Below, one piece after another: positions 39,501 to 51,309 of a DNA stretch of 64,000 bases. Source of the DNA: Azolla caroliniana. Lineage: Eukaryota > Plantae > Polypodiophyta. The number at the start of each line of letters is the position of its first letter. The stretch's first letter is position 1. The notes under the pieces were generated by a model. That model saw nothing but the letters and a program-made list of their open reading frames with translations, was not told where the DNA came from and ran no database searches. The stretch lies in contig JBHGNT010000001.1 of the NCBI GenBank assembly GCA_043228905.1, positions 14,508,001 through 14,572,000 of the forward strand, written 5' to 3'. The position numbers and the translations under genes were made by a program.

Positions 39501-42108
39501 GAATTTCGTAAACTCGGGTCCGATGCAACCCCTTTTATTCGCAACTCGCTGCCCTCCGGCAAGGGAGCCGCGATTGGCCTCACCTTCCGGTCCACAGTCT
39601 TGTACCTCGTGTCCACCCGGGCCGTCCGATCCGAATCGAGCCCTCTACTGAAGTCCGCGATGACTTCGTACATCCTTTCCGAACATACCGGAATCGTCCG
39701 AAGCTCTTTAAGGACTCCTCCGACTACCTCTCGCAGCTCCCCCAAGGTATCGTCGAAAGAGACCGCCTCCACGGCTCCGTTGATTTCCTCTCCGAGGCCA
39801 AGGATACCACATGCCTGAAGTCGCTCCTCCGCCCTTTTCTTCTTCCGCCCAACAACGTCGACTATCGTACACCCTCCGTTGTCGGAGAACCAAAATTTCC
39901 TACTTATAGTACAGGTCTTCTTCGCTATCGTACACTTGTGGGGTTTTCCCGGAGTGTCCAGACTATCGCGGCCCCACACCTTGATAGCCCTCTCTAAAAA
40001 TCCTCTCGGCTTTAGCCCCCGAGGGTCTCATGGTTCGGTCTCACCGTCAGGAACTGGACCGAGTGACACTCATCCTGGCTCTTGACCCTTGCATAGGCCG
40101 AGCTGTTGTCCAGCACCTTGGTCTCCATCCGTGTTGCCGTGATGTACGGTTCTCCTAGTATTACCGGATGTGATGACGTCTCCTGCACGAAGAAGTGTTG
40201 GTCAATCTCGACATCGCCGATCTTTACTCATACATTCGGGCAAGCTCCATGCAGTTCTTCGGTGGCACGCGTCGCTGCCCGTATTTTCCACCCGTGCTTG
40301 GTGTTGATCGGCCATTTCCCCTTCTTATAGAAGTCCATGGACATCAAATTGATTTCTGAACCGTGGTCCACCAACGCCACCACCGGTTCATGAACATCTC
40401 CGATCTTCACGGGGGTCTCCGTGGTCGCCCTGGCCTAGTGCGGCCTCGAATAGTGGCTCTCCGCCAACTCGTCTTCCAGCGCCATGTCCTCTATGTGCGT
40501 CGTCCGCACCTCCACCGGCTTCTCCGGTTCTGTCTCCGTCGACAGCCTCTTCCTCTTCACCAAGTCTACGATAGAGTCGTGGAACTCCTTCTTGGCGATC
40601 CCGAGCACTTCCCTTAGCGATAGTTCCACCTTGCTATCGAGGATTCGTTCTTCCAGGACCTTTCGCAGGTCCGTGGATCTTTCGATTTCTGTGCCCAGCC
40701 GATACCCGCCCCTCTTGGGATTATCCTGGGCGCCGGTTACACCGGCCTCATTTCGTCTTTGCCCAAATCGAGTTTCATATCGTTGTGAGGGCCCGGCCCC
40801 TCCGGTTTTCCCTACCCGCTTGTCCTCCACCAGAGCCTCGTAGTTTTGACAAGCGGCTTCGACGAAGCCCGTCTTTTCTTCCACCGGGTCACTCCACCGG
40901 GTCACCTCCCGGACCCGTTTTTCCGCGCGGTCCACCTCTTCTTTCCTTAATCGTGCGCCGGCGAGGCCTTCTAGCATCGTCCGCCAGAACCCGGTTTTGT
41001 TCGTCTTCGGGGCCTCGCCACCTCCGACCCAAATACCAACTGACGCCGAGTAGTGGACGGTCTCTGCGTGACGAGCCGCCACCTCCTCCATCAGCCTTTT
41101 CATACCCCCTCGCCCGACGTTCAAGTCTAGGGGCCTTCGGGTTTCACTGGCGTGCACCCAACCGTTCCACAGGTACACCACGTTGCTTCTCATCGCCTCG
41201 GCGAAGTCCCCGTAGTCCTTCCGGATGTGGCCAACCACGTCACACCACATGCACCTGTTTCCAGCCAGAGGTCGTCGGTCACGGCCCTGTTCACTACCGT
41301 CCCTTCGTGCCTGGGCGATCTGGAGATCCTTTACCATCCGCGTCAATTCCTCCAGAGCTGCTCCCCCGGACGAGCCCTTGACCATGCCGGTCGAAGCCGA
41401 TCCGGTCTCGAGCCAATCTCGGGTCTCTTCCCTTCGCGTTGGTGGTGTTGGCTCGAGCTTCCTCGTTGTGACAGAGCCCGCCCCTATCGATCCTTTGTCA
41501 ACCCATTCCCTCCGTTTGTCGAAACGGCCACAGACCCTTTTCACCACGGCCCAATCGGCCGTCAGCCCGTCATCAGTCTCCAATAGGAGGCCTACCTGCT
41601 CCCGATCCCGCTCATCAACTGACTTAACAAACAATAGGACACGGCTTGTGTCCAGAACGGTTCGGTCAAGCACCGAGAGGCGCGCGAAGCGTTCCTCAAA
41701 CTCCCGGAGGAGCACTGACGCGTTCCTTCCTTTGTTGGGGGTCTCCACCCACTCCATGAAGTCCCGCTTCGAAAGTCGAAGCGCATCTTCAAGCCTGTAT
41801 TTTTCGAGGAGTTGACCTTCGAACTCCTCCCAGGTCAGGCTCTCGGCCCGTACCTCGAGTACCTCCGTATGGATGCCCGACATTGCCACTCGAGGGAATC
41901 CGGCTAGACGCCTCTCTTCCGGAATGTCCCTCATTACCATCTCAGCCCGGTAGGACGCCAAGTAGCTCGTGGCATCCTTCCCACTAAACCGGCCGATCGT
42001 ACCAACAACCGCCTCGATAGCCCTATCAAGGGCGTCGGTGCCTTCGCGCGCACTCACTATACGGTCTACAGCCGAAGCCATGGCTTCTGCAAGGTCCGAC
42101 CCCCTCAT
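36564..42108 (-). pseudogene. Element F gag-pol (gag 40435-42108, PR, RT, RNase H, INT), disrupted
   Basis: CMWCDVVGHIRKD; LVDHGSEINLM; DLYSGYDQ, LPQGGMNSVA, FLDDVPIKG; IDTSPTGIG; KWMVDLVTMP; RWFGPY. Confidence 0.9.
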
Positions 42109-42151
42109 CTTCTACTCCTCTGCCGCCTGTTCACGTCGGGTTCACCAAATA

Positions 42152-42836
42152 TGTCGCGTTGTTACGCGCGTGCGTGGAGAACAAGGCGGGACCACTGGGG
42201 TCTTGGACCGAGGAATAGGTGAGAAGAGGGAGAGAGAGAGCGAGCGAGAGAGAGAGAGAGAGACGCTCACACATGTATAGACAAAGAAGCGCATGGGGAC
42301 GTGGCCCAACAACACAGGAGACACGAGTTGAGAACACTAGCATATGTATATAAATGTATGCAGACGACTCGAACGGGTACAACCGACCAGGTCGGCGAGA
42401 TGGATGTCGGTGCCTGATCACCCACACACACAAGAGAGCAAGATGGAGATTCTGCCAGAAGCACACGGGCGTTCCACGGAGCAGGATCAGCCTCCTGAGA
42501 ACCTGCGCAAAAGAAAGCTATGGAGAACGACAGAGAAGAAGAGCTCGGTCCCAGTCCGACAGCACTTCGTCCCCTCTAGCGCGCGATACCTTCTCTCCCC
42601 CGTCTCCCTCTCTTTTATAGCTCAAGGAGGGAGGCCGTTTCACCCGTTTACATCACATTAATTCTCTGTCCTTTCGGACAGAGATACTCCTCGATTTCCC
42701 CTATAGAATATTGCTACCTAGGATTTGACCTTTGTGCCTACCTATCTACTATACAACAAGGGGCGTGCCCACGTGTAAGGGCCGGTTCACACACACTATA
42801 CACGGTTTGCGCCTGGGGACGGTTTTCTTCACGACA
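42152..42836 (-). repeat. 5' LTR of element F
   Basis: Direct repeat of 35823-36487, followed by the tRNA-Trp PBS. Confidence 0.95.
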
Positions 42837-43418
42837 CCGTAGGTTGGACAGGAATGCGTCCGGAATTTGTTGTGCAAAGACATCGTTGGCCACTTGTCTG
42901 TAGAGATCCCGGAACCGGATTGTGAACTGTGCGACCGTCTCGTGCGGTTCTTGTCACATGGAGAAGAACTGCCGGAGCAATTCTCGTTTGGGCACCTCAC
43001 GATGGAATAGTTCTAGGAAATGTGTGCGAACGTCGTGGAAGGTGCCAAACTCCCCTGTGTCGAGGCCAAAATACCATCGCGCAGCTGGTCCATCGAGGGA
43101 TAGCGTAAACTCGGCAATTTTTGAGGCCTCGATTTCGGCAGGTGAGAGGCGTTGGGTTGAGTGGTTGGCCTGCCAGGTGGACATGAAGGCACGGACATGT
43201 GACTCCGTGTCGGGGCTGTCGGTGTATCGTGGGTAAGGATACGGCATGGTGTCGAATTCGGAGTCTTCTGGTAAAGTCGGAAAAGGGTTAGGGTTAGGGT
43301 GGGTGACCTCTGGAGGGTTTGGTGGGGAGGTTGGTGTGGACTCGACTCGCGACCAAGTAGCAGGTGGCGAGGATTGCAACCAGTGAGCCTCCGATGTTTC
43401 TGGGAAGGACTGGTCCAT
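42837..43418 (-). pseudogene. Element D gag, 5' part; continues 35822-~34930
   Basis: YPYPRYTDSPDTESHVRAFMSTWQANH...KIAEFTLSLDG. Confidence 0.85.
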
Positions 43419-43570
43419 GACCGCCGAGTCGGAAGTGCCTTCGACTGGCTTAGGGCGTTGGCCAGATGGCCGAGATCGCTTGATGCGATTGGGCGCCGTA
43501 ATGGCAGCTAAAGGTTGTCTTCAACGTAGTTCGCTGTGATCTCACAACTGTAACCGGGCATGCCAAATTG

Positions 43571-44059
43571 TGTTAACCGTTCTGCCGGAAACACCTTCGA
43601 TATGCCTACAAGCTATCGGTATCAAGGGAAGTGTAATCGTGAAGACTGGTGCACGGAGGTGTCGTTAGGGGGAGAACACGGAGAGCATACCCAGAATAGA
43701 GCCTGGGTCGTATACGTAGTTGAGACCTTAAAAGTGACGACACATAGATGAAAACAACAAGAGTTATAGATATGTATTACTGCAATAGTTAGCGATGATT
43801 ACAAAAGAACACGGCCCACAGCCGGTAGCCTTACAAAGCTCTTATAACTATGAACCGACCTCCCTTGGCTCTGGATATCTCTCCCTTGTTGAGGTACGCA
43901 GACCTCTGTTTATATACTTCTTTTCCTTCATACAGCGTCGAGCGGTCAGCTAACTGTGAGGCTCGAAACTCAGCGTTTTACCTAATTCTCCCTTACCTAC
44001 TCGCCTTACTTCCGACGTATTATATTTAACTAATTTCTATTTTTGGCCTATGGACAATA
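43571..44059 (-). repeat. 5' LTR of element D
   Basis: Direct repeat of 26486-26974, adjacent PBS. Confidence 0.95.
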
Positions 44060-44293
44060 GAAGATCAACGACATCATCAATCGGGTATTGATCATCGATA
44101 TTGCCTAGACCAGCAACATGGTAATGGCATCGTTGCAGCGATCCCTACCAAAATATGACAAACTATGATTTCGCCAAGCAATACAGTGCAGGACTTGCCT
44201 GAACTCAGGCCATTCAGCCGTCGAATGCACTTTACGGATACATTGTCTGATCTGCCACTCGAGAGCTCATACACTCGAGTAGTGCGAATAAAT

Positions 44294-45221
44294 TGTTGGG
44301 AATATAGAGTGGAATCGGGATGATTAAAATTTCAAACACAATTAACACTTGATAAACAATAGATGAAACCACAAGATGAAAATGAGAGAGTACACCGAGA
44401 TTTAACGTGGAAAACCCAAAATTGGGAAAAATCACGGAAACCTTAGGTTCCAAAACAAATTCACTATTTTCTGAGTATACAAAGGTGTTGACAGCCTCTA
44501 GAGCTTACTCTAGAGATATGCACATATATTTCAAGGCTATCACCTTGGATACAATATTCACCCTACCAGATAGGATAAACAACAGAAAAAAAAACCAAAA
44601 ACACAGAACAAATAAACTTGTTACAAGGGGACAAAATAGTTTCTATGACTCTTTTGGGTAGTCCAGACAGCACCTCGCTAGATCTCCGTCTTTACACTTG
44701 CAACGAGTTCTCGCTCTCAATCACCCTATTCTCAAGCTCTAACACTTGTTTATGTTTTCTTGCAGAAGCTTTGTTGTGTTTTTCTCACACACCTCTTCTT
44801 CTCGAATCTTTGTTTTTCTAGCCTTAGTTCTATTCACTCATGTGCAATTTTTCTCTGTAACGCGCTCTGTTTTCTCTGTCTTTCTCTCAGTTTTTCCCTC
44901 TGTGCGTTTTTTTTTCTATGCCTTCTTTTTATCAGCCTTTTTGGAGTAATGTCTCCTCTGTTTGTATCTACATTCACACATAGACATACAAAAAACATAC
45001 ACACACAAAAGAAGGAAAAAAGGACACATAAAAAACGTACATATATATATATATATTAATAAACATATAACTTTTTCCTTTCTTTAGCTCTAAGTCGATT
45101 CGGCGTCCAACTGAATAAACGCTCAACCTGAATCGGTACCTAGCCGATTCGACATTGAGTTGGTAGTTGGCTCTCAGCCAACTCCATGTCATGGGCTCCA
45201 CTTGAGTGGATAGACCCAACA
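44294..45221 (-). mobile_element. Solo LTR (928 bp, Copia-type) in E gag
   Basis: TGTTGGG...CCCAACA, perfect TSD TAAAT. U5-like TTAACGTGGAAAACCC motif is shared with the Copia G LTR. Confidence 0.88.
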
Positions 45222-46497
45222 TAAATCTGTTGAACTGAGTCGTAGCACCGGTTCAACAAATCGACCCGCAACGGAACAGACTTCGAGTAGACGACCGATT
45301 TCGGCACCCAACCAGATATAGGGATGAGGAGCAGCTCCGTTATGCTGAAAGACCACGACAAGAAGAGGATCGATTTGGGAAGAGGATTATAGGCGTGATC
45401 GGGACCCGTATGACTATGCATCCTGATACGGTTGCCGCTCGTCAACCAACAACCCGTGAGGCTTTGTTGAGTCGAGCACTTATGGGGAACCCCATAGGCC
45501 CCAAAACCAACGTTGCATGGACAACAACCAAGAGGAGTATCACCAACCACCGCCTATAAACAAACAGAGGGATAATCATAGACGGCCTCGACACACGCGG
45601 CCATATCAGTACAACCTTAGGATCCAAGAAGAGTTAGACAACTAGGCCACCACAAATGGCAGCAATAGAGCATGGGTAATCTAGCACGACGACAGGGCTT
45701 CATTGTTTTACCTGCCGACAACCTGGCCACTACGCAACATAGTGCCCTTGACGGAACAAGGGCAAGGAACTAGTCGTGAACACAATCACGGTCGAAGCCC
45801 AACAAGTCACCACACGAAGCAAACTGAAGCAGTCAGACTAGGAAGTGCAAGATGATGACTGGAAGGCGGTGAAAATATGGGTCGAAAAAGCGAACGGGGC
45901 CAACGCCCAAATGCAACAAGAGATGAAGGAAACTCCGATAATCAACTAATTGCCCTAGCCTCACTGTTGGCCGAAAACGAACCTCAGGACGCCTCGATTT
46001 GGCAAGCGCTTGCAGATTTCCGGATCACAATGACCATGAGCAAATTATTGATTCTGGGCAATGGTAACGAAAATGGTTTGGAATGAGGAAAGACCAACGC
46101 TACCAACTCACCTGGCTGAAATGACTAATGGACTGGTCGTCATGGACCCCCAGAACCCCACCATCACAACAATAATCAAGGGACAAGTAGCCCCCGGTTG
46201 CATAATCAATGCTAGATCGGGAGTCAACGTTGTCAGTAAAGCCACATGCAATCAACTAGGTATTAAGCAGTGGGAGGTCTGTCCATTCTAGCTCTGAATG
46301 GCTAACACAAGCTCTGTCCGCCCCCTGGGAATTATCCAGAATCTAGAACTCATCATCAGAGGTTACCCATTTGAGATTTCAGCAGTAGTTCTGCAATTGG
46401 ACACACCATGTGTGTATCCCCTCTTGTTAGGACGACCGTGGTTGCAAACAACAAACATAAAACAAAACTAGCAACACAACAATATAAGCTTTCGAAG

Positions 46498-46525
46498 AGG
46501 GTTTAGGGTTTAGGGTTTAGGGTTT
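46498..46525 (+). repeat. Plant telomere-type repeat (AGGGTTT)x4
   Basis: Read directly, at the truncation point of element E. Confidence 0.9.
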
Positions 46526-46533
46526 GTATCTCG

Positions 46534-46887
46534 TGTTAGGAAACACGTCCCTCCGGATGGTGCAGACCCGGTGAGAACCAGATGAGGAGTACCCGGCTAC
46601 GGAGAGCCGGATGGTGCAGACCCGGTGAGAGCCGGATGAAGAGTACTCGGCTACGGAGAGCTGGATGGTGCAGACCCGGTGAGAACCGGATGACGAGTAC
46701 CCGGAAACGGAAGACCCGGTGAGAACCAGATGAAGAGACATATTTGTAAATATGTTTCTGAGAGTCCATCGGGGCTATATTTGTAAATAGCCGAAAAGTC
46801 ATATTAGTATAAATATGACTTAGGGCAAACAGAATATATAGTTGTTGTCATTCTTGTTGGTGCAAGACTTGAGAGTGTGTAACAGTG

Positions 46888-46927
<40 letters not shown>

Positions 46928-47201
46928 GAGGTCATTGCCTCTGTTGTAACCGCCGCCTGTGGCGAAGATCGTGAGCACGAGGTCGTTGCCTCTGTGAGCT
47001 CACTATTGTACATTCTGATATAGTGATAGTTTGCAGTCTGTGGGCTTCCGTGGTTTTTTCCCAAGTTTGGGTTTTTCCACGCTAACATATTGTGTACTCC
47101 TCTCTCCATTGTGTCGTGCTTTCATTTCCCGTTTTTCTGTGTATGATTCTAAGCTCGGTTGTGGCCGAGCGTTGCGCATAGGGAGCGTGCAGTTCCTGTC
47201 A
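46534..47201 (+). repeat. 5' LTR of Copia G, with a ~54-bp U3 tandem repeat and (GA)n
   Basis: Direct repeat of 51310-51928. Confidence 0.95.
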
Positions 47202-47231
47202 AAGTGGTATCAGAGTGAAACGACACAGAAA

Positions 47232-50200
47232 ATGGACGATTCGTTGGGAGGCATGTTCAAGCTCACCGGCTCCAACTATTTGGTGTGGAAGTCGAAGATG
47301 AGGGACATGCTCGTGGTTAAAGATCTTTGGTTGCCGGTTCAATTTGGGGATAAGAGACTTAACAAAATCGACGCCACGATATGGGAGGTGATGCACATGA
47401 AGACAACAGCGTACATACGGTGCTTCATCGATATGAGCCTATACAACAACTTCAATGAAGAGAGCAAGGCTCATGAGCTCTGGGAGAAGATCGGCATTAT
47501 GTTTCAAAACAAAAATGTTGTTAATCAGGTTTCGGTATTCCGGAAGCTAGTAAGACTTCGGTACCAAGATGGCTCCAGCATGGCGGAGCACATGAATGCC
47601 TTCCAGGGGCTGATCAACCAGGCAACATCATTGGAAGTACCTCTCGCCGATGAGGTACTAGTGCTACTCCTGCTCGGTTCCCTCCCGGATAGCTGGGAGA
47701 TGTTGGTTGTCACCTTGGGCAACGTCGGGCCAGAAGGGAAACGGTTATCCCTAGCAAGAGTGAAGTCGAGCTTGCTAGATGAGGAGGCGCGTTGGAAAGA
47801 TAAGGATACAAGCTCCGACTCCAAAGCGCTCCTTACCGAATCGGAACGTGGAAGACAAAGGAACCGTAGCCCCCAGAACCGGGAAAAGTCGGGGACGCAG
47901 TCTAAGTCAAGGGGGAGGCCTACTTGCTTCTATTGCGGCAAGCCGGGACACTTCCAGAAGAACTGTCGGCATTTCCGTAAAGACAAGGAAACTGACGGTA
48001 CCGATTCGAAGCGGACACCAGACCGGAACGGTAAAGACCGGAGGGGGCCGGATCGGAAGGGAACGACGGCAATCGTGGCAAGCGAAGAAGAGTTGATGCT
48101 CATCACCGAGGAGAGTGAGATAAACTTTGCCAGCGACGAGATGACCTGGGTGGTCGACTCCGGAGCGTCATTCCACCTTACCCAGGATCGGAAATGCTTC
48201 TCGTCCTACTCAGCCGGTGATCACGGTTGTGTCCGGATGGGGAATGAAGGTACGTGCCGAATTGTCGGCATAGGAGACGTGTGGTTGACAACGCCAACCG
48301 GATGCAAGATGATGTTGAAGGATGTCCGACACGTTCCGGAGGTTCGTCTGAACCTGATATCAGCCGGTCGGCTAGATGATGAAGGCTACATGGGTAGCAT
48401 CTGGAACGGTGTTATGAAGTTCATCAAAGGGAGCCTGATTGTGGCTCGGGCCTTGAAGGTAAACACATTGTACCTGATGAATGCCCGGTTATGTCCGGAG
48501 GAAGTGAACGTGGCATCCGACACTATCGGTGAGCTGTGGCACAAGAGGTTGTGTCACATGAGCGAGAAGGGGATGAAGAGGCTTGCAGACGACAACCTCA
48601 TTCCAGTGAAGAACGTGCACTTGGAGAAGTGCACTGATTGTCTGGCTGGTAAGCAAAACCGGACCTCCTTCCGACCAAGGCCACCGATGAGACGTAATGC
48701 ACCACTGGAGTTGGTGCATACTGACGTGTGTCAAGTGGACACGAAGTCACATGCAGGATCGCAGTACTTCGTGACGTTCATAGATGACCACAACCGAAAG
48801 CTGTGGGCCACACCGTTGAAGACGAAGGATCAGGTGCTATCCGTCTTCAAAGAGCTCCACGCAAGAGTGGAAAGAGAAACCGGCCGGAAGCTGAAGGCGG
48901 TTCGAGCAGATAATGGAGGTGAATACCGGGGGCAGTTCGAGGAGTATTGTCACTCGAAGGGAATCCGGCTTGAATTTATAGTGCCGAAGACGCCGGAACT
49001 AAACATAATGGAGAGGGTCCGGAGTATGCTGGCCGAGAGGATGAACCGAACCATAATGGAGAGGGTCCGGAGTATGCTGGCGCATGCAAAACTACCCAAG
49101 AAGTTTTGGGTTGAGGCACTGTCGACGGCGACATATGTGATAAACAGATCACCCTCAGTACCCTTGGACAGAGACACGCCACAGAGAGTCTGGACCGGTA
49201 AGGAAGTGTCCTACCGGCATCTGAAGGTGTTCGGGTGTCTCGCGTACGTGCATGTAGCTAAGGACCGGAGAGGAAAGTTAGATCCAAAGACCCGGCCATG
49301 CATATTCCTCGGTTACGGCAACGATGAGTTCGGCTACCGAGTGTGGGACCTGGTCGACAAGAAGGTATTCCGGAGTCGAGATATTATATTTATGGAGGAC
49401 AAGACGCTCGCCGACTGGGAGTCGGAGAAGAAGATAATGAACTCCGAGTCGACCGGTAAGGATCGATTCTACGATGAGCAGTCCCAACCGGCAAGAGACC
49501 GGTTAGCACTCAAGGAACCAGCCAGTTACAATGAGGATACCGAACCAGCAGAAGAAGAAGTAGAGAAAGCTAAAACCGGAACCGGCCAAGATCCCGAATC
49601 GGATTCGGATGAAGAGCAAATGGAGGAGCTGGTTACCGAAGCCCAAAGACGGAGATATCCTCTTAGAGAGAGAAGGGCCCCCCAGAGATTTCCGGATGCA
49701 GAGCATGTGTTGCTAACCGATGAGGGGGAGCTAGAAAGCTTCGTAGAGGCGAAGGATGACACCCACAGCCGCAAATGGTTAAGTGCCATGCAGGATGAGA
49801 TGGATTCCCTGCATGAGAACCATACGTATGAATTGGTGGAGTTGCCAAAAGGAAAGCGGGCACTCCGAAATAAGTGGGTGTACAAGTTGAAACCGGGAGA
49901 TGCCGGCAACCCCCCGAGATACAAAGCTAGGATCGCGGTGAAGGGGTTCTAGCAGAAGAAGGGCGTGGACTTCGACGAGATATTTGCCCCAGTATTAAAG
50001 ATGACCTCCATCCGGACGGTGCTGAGTATAGCGGCAAGCATGGACCTCGAGGTAGAGCAGCTGGACGTGAAGACGACATTCCTTCACGGCGACCTCGAAG
50101 AGGAGATCTACATGCAGCAACCGGAAGGATTCGTGGAGAAAGGGAAGGAGCACCTGGTATGCCGGTTGAAGAAGAGCATGTACGAACTGAAGCAGGCTCC

Positions 50201-51299
50201 CCGACAATGGTACCGGAAGTTCGACTCCTTCATGACCGATCAAGGGTACCACAAGACGCAGGCCGATCACTACGTGTTTGTGAAGAAGTTCGAAGGAGGC
50301 GACTTCCTGATACTCCTTCTGTACGTGGACGACATGTTGATCGTCAGATGGGACCAAGCCAAAATACGGATGCTGAAGAAGGCTCTCAACCGGACCTTCT
50401 CAATGAAGGACTTGGGTCCGGCAAGACAGATGTTGGGGATGCATATTATCCGGAACCGGCCATCGAAGCAATTGTGGCTGTCACAGGAGAAGTACGTGAC
50501 AAAGGTGCTTCAGCGGTTCAACATGTCAGATGCGAAACCGGTTGGATGGACACTTCCGGCAAACTGCAGGTTATCCGGTAACCAAAGCCCGAAGACGAAA
50601 GCACAGAAGGCGGATATGATGAAGGTTCCATATGCCTCTACCGTCAAGAGCTTAATGTACGCAATGGTTTGTACCCGACCGGATATAGGATACGCAGTCG
50701 GAGTGGTGAGCCGGTTTATGAGCAATCCCGGCAAGGAGCACTAGAACGCGGTCAAATGGATACTCCGGTACTTGAAGGGCACTTCGAATATGTGTCTCCG
50801 ATTCGGCTCCGGAAAACCTCAACTTGATGGTTTTACCGATTCGGACATGTCGGCTGATGTGGATACCAGCCGGTCCACATCCGGGTATATAATGACATAT
50901 GCAGGGGGAGCTATTTCGTGGCAGTCGAGGCTGTAGAAGACAGTTGCGTTGTCAACCACGGAGGCGGAGTACATGGCGGTTGTGGAAGCCGGCAAGGAAA
51001 TATTATGGATGAAGGACTTCATCGGAGAGCTCGGTATCCGGCAAGATGAATACCGGCTCTATTGCGACAGTCAAAGTGCCATCCACCTTGCTAAGAATGC
51101 AGCCTACCATTCCCGGACGAAGCATATCCAACGTAGGTATCACTGGATCCGGGAAAGAGTAGATGACCAGGAGTTTGCGCTAACGAAGGTCCACACGGCC
51201 GAGAACAGGTCAGATATGCTGACCAAAGTACTGATACTCGACAAGTTGGATGCATGCCAGAAGCAGATCGGACTAATAAGACATCCCATGTCGGAGTGA
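47232..51299 (+). pseudogene. Copia G gag-pol, one reading frame with three premature TAG stops
   Basis: CFYCGKPGHFQKNC; VDSGASFH; LVHTDVC; ADNGGEY; QLDVKT; LYVDDML; STTEAEY; TKHIQRRYHWIRE. Stops at ~49950, 50742, ~50934. Confidence 0.95.
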
Positions 51300-51309
51300 A
51301 GGGGGATTT

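Larger units (their letters stand above)
35823..42836 (-). mobile_element. Ty3/Gypsy element F (fungal-like pol, no chromodomain), inserted in D gag
   Basis: LTRs 35823-36487 and 42152-42836 (~97% by eye plus a 20-bp indel). PBS TGGTGAACCCGACGTGAA 42130-42147. PPT AGGTGGGGGCGGA 36488-36500. 4-bp TSD CCGT. Confidence 0.95.
26486..44059 (-). mobile_element. Ty3/Gypsy element D, complete boundaries, decayed, inserted in E gag
   Basis: 489-bp LTRs 26486-26974 and 43571-44059 (~22 mismatches by eye). TSD GAAGC/GAAGA; removal restores VVDFTERKINDII. PBS TGGCATGCCCGGT 43553-43565. Confidence 0.95.
25105..46497 (+). mobile_element. Ty3/Gypsy element E (A/C/D lineage), 3'-truncated after protease; hosts D and a solo LTR
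   Basis: 5' LTR 25105-25642 (TGTTGG...GATAACA). PBS TGGCATGCC at 25647. gag pieces ~25837-26485, 44060-44293, 45222-~46000. PR CIINARSGVNVV ~46200. Confidence 0.82.

Noticed and set aside
46553-46740. CRISPR-like array
   Set aside because: Contiguous tandem units without unique spacers, inside a eukaryotic LTR.
47031-47231. N-terminal extension of the Copia G polyprotein
   Set aside because: It lies in the LTR/PBS and starts at a non-ATG codon; the likely start is ATG 47232.
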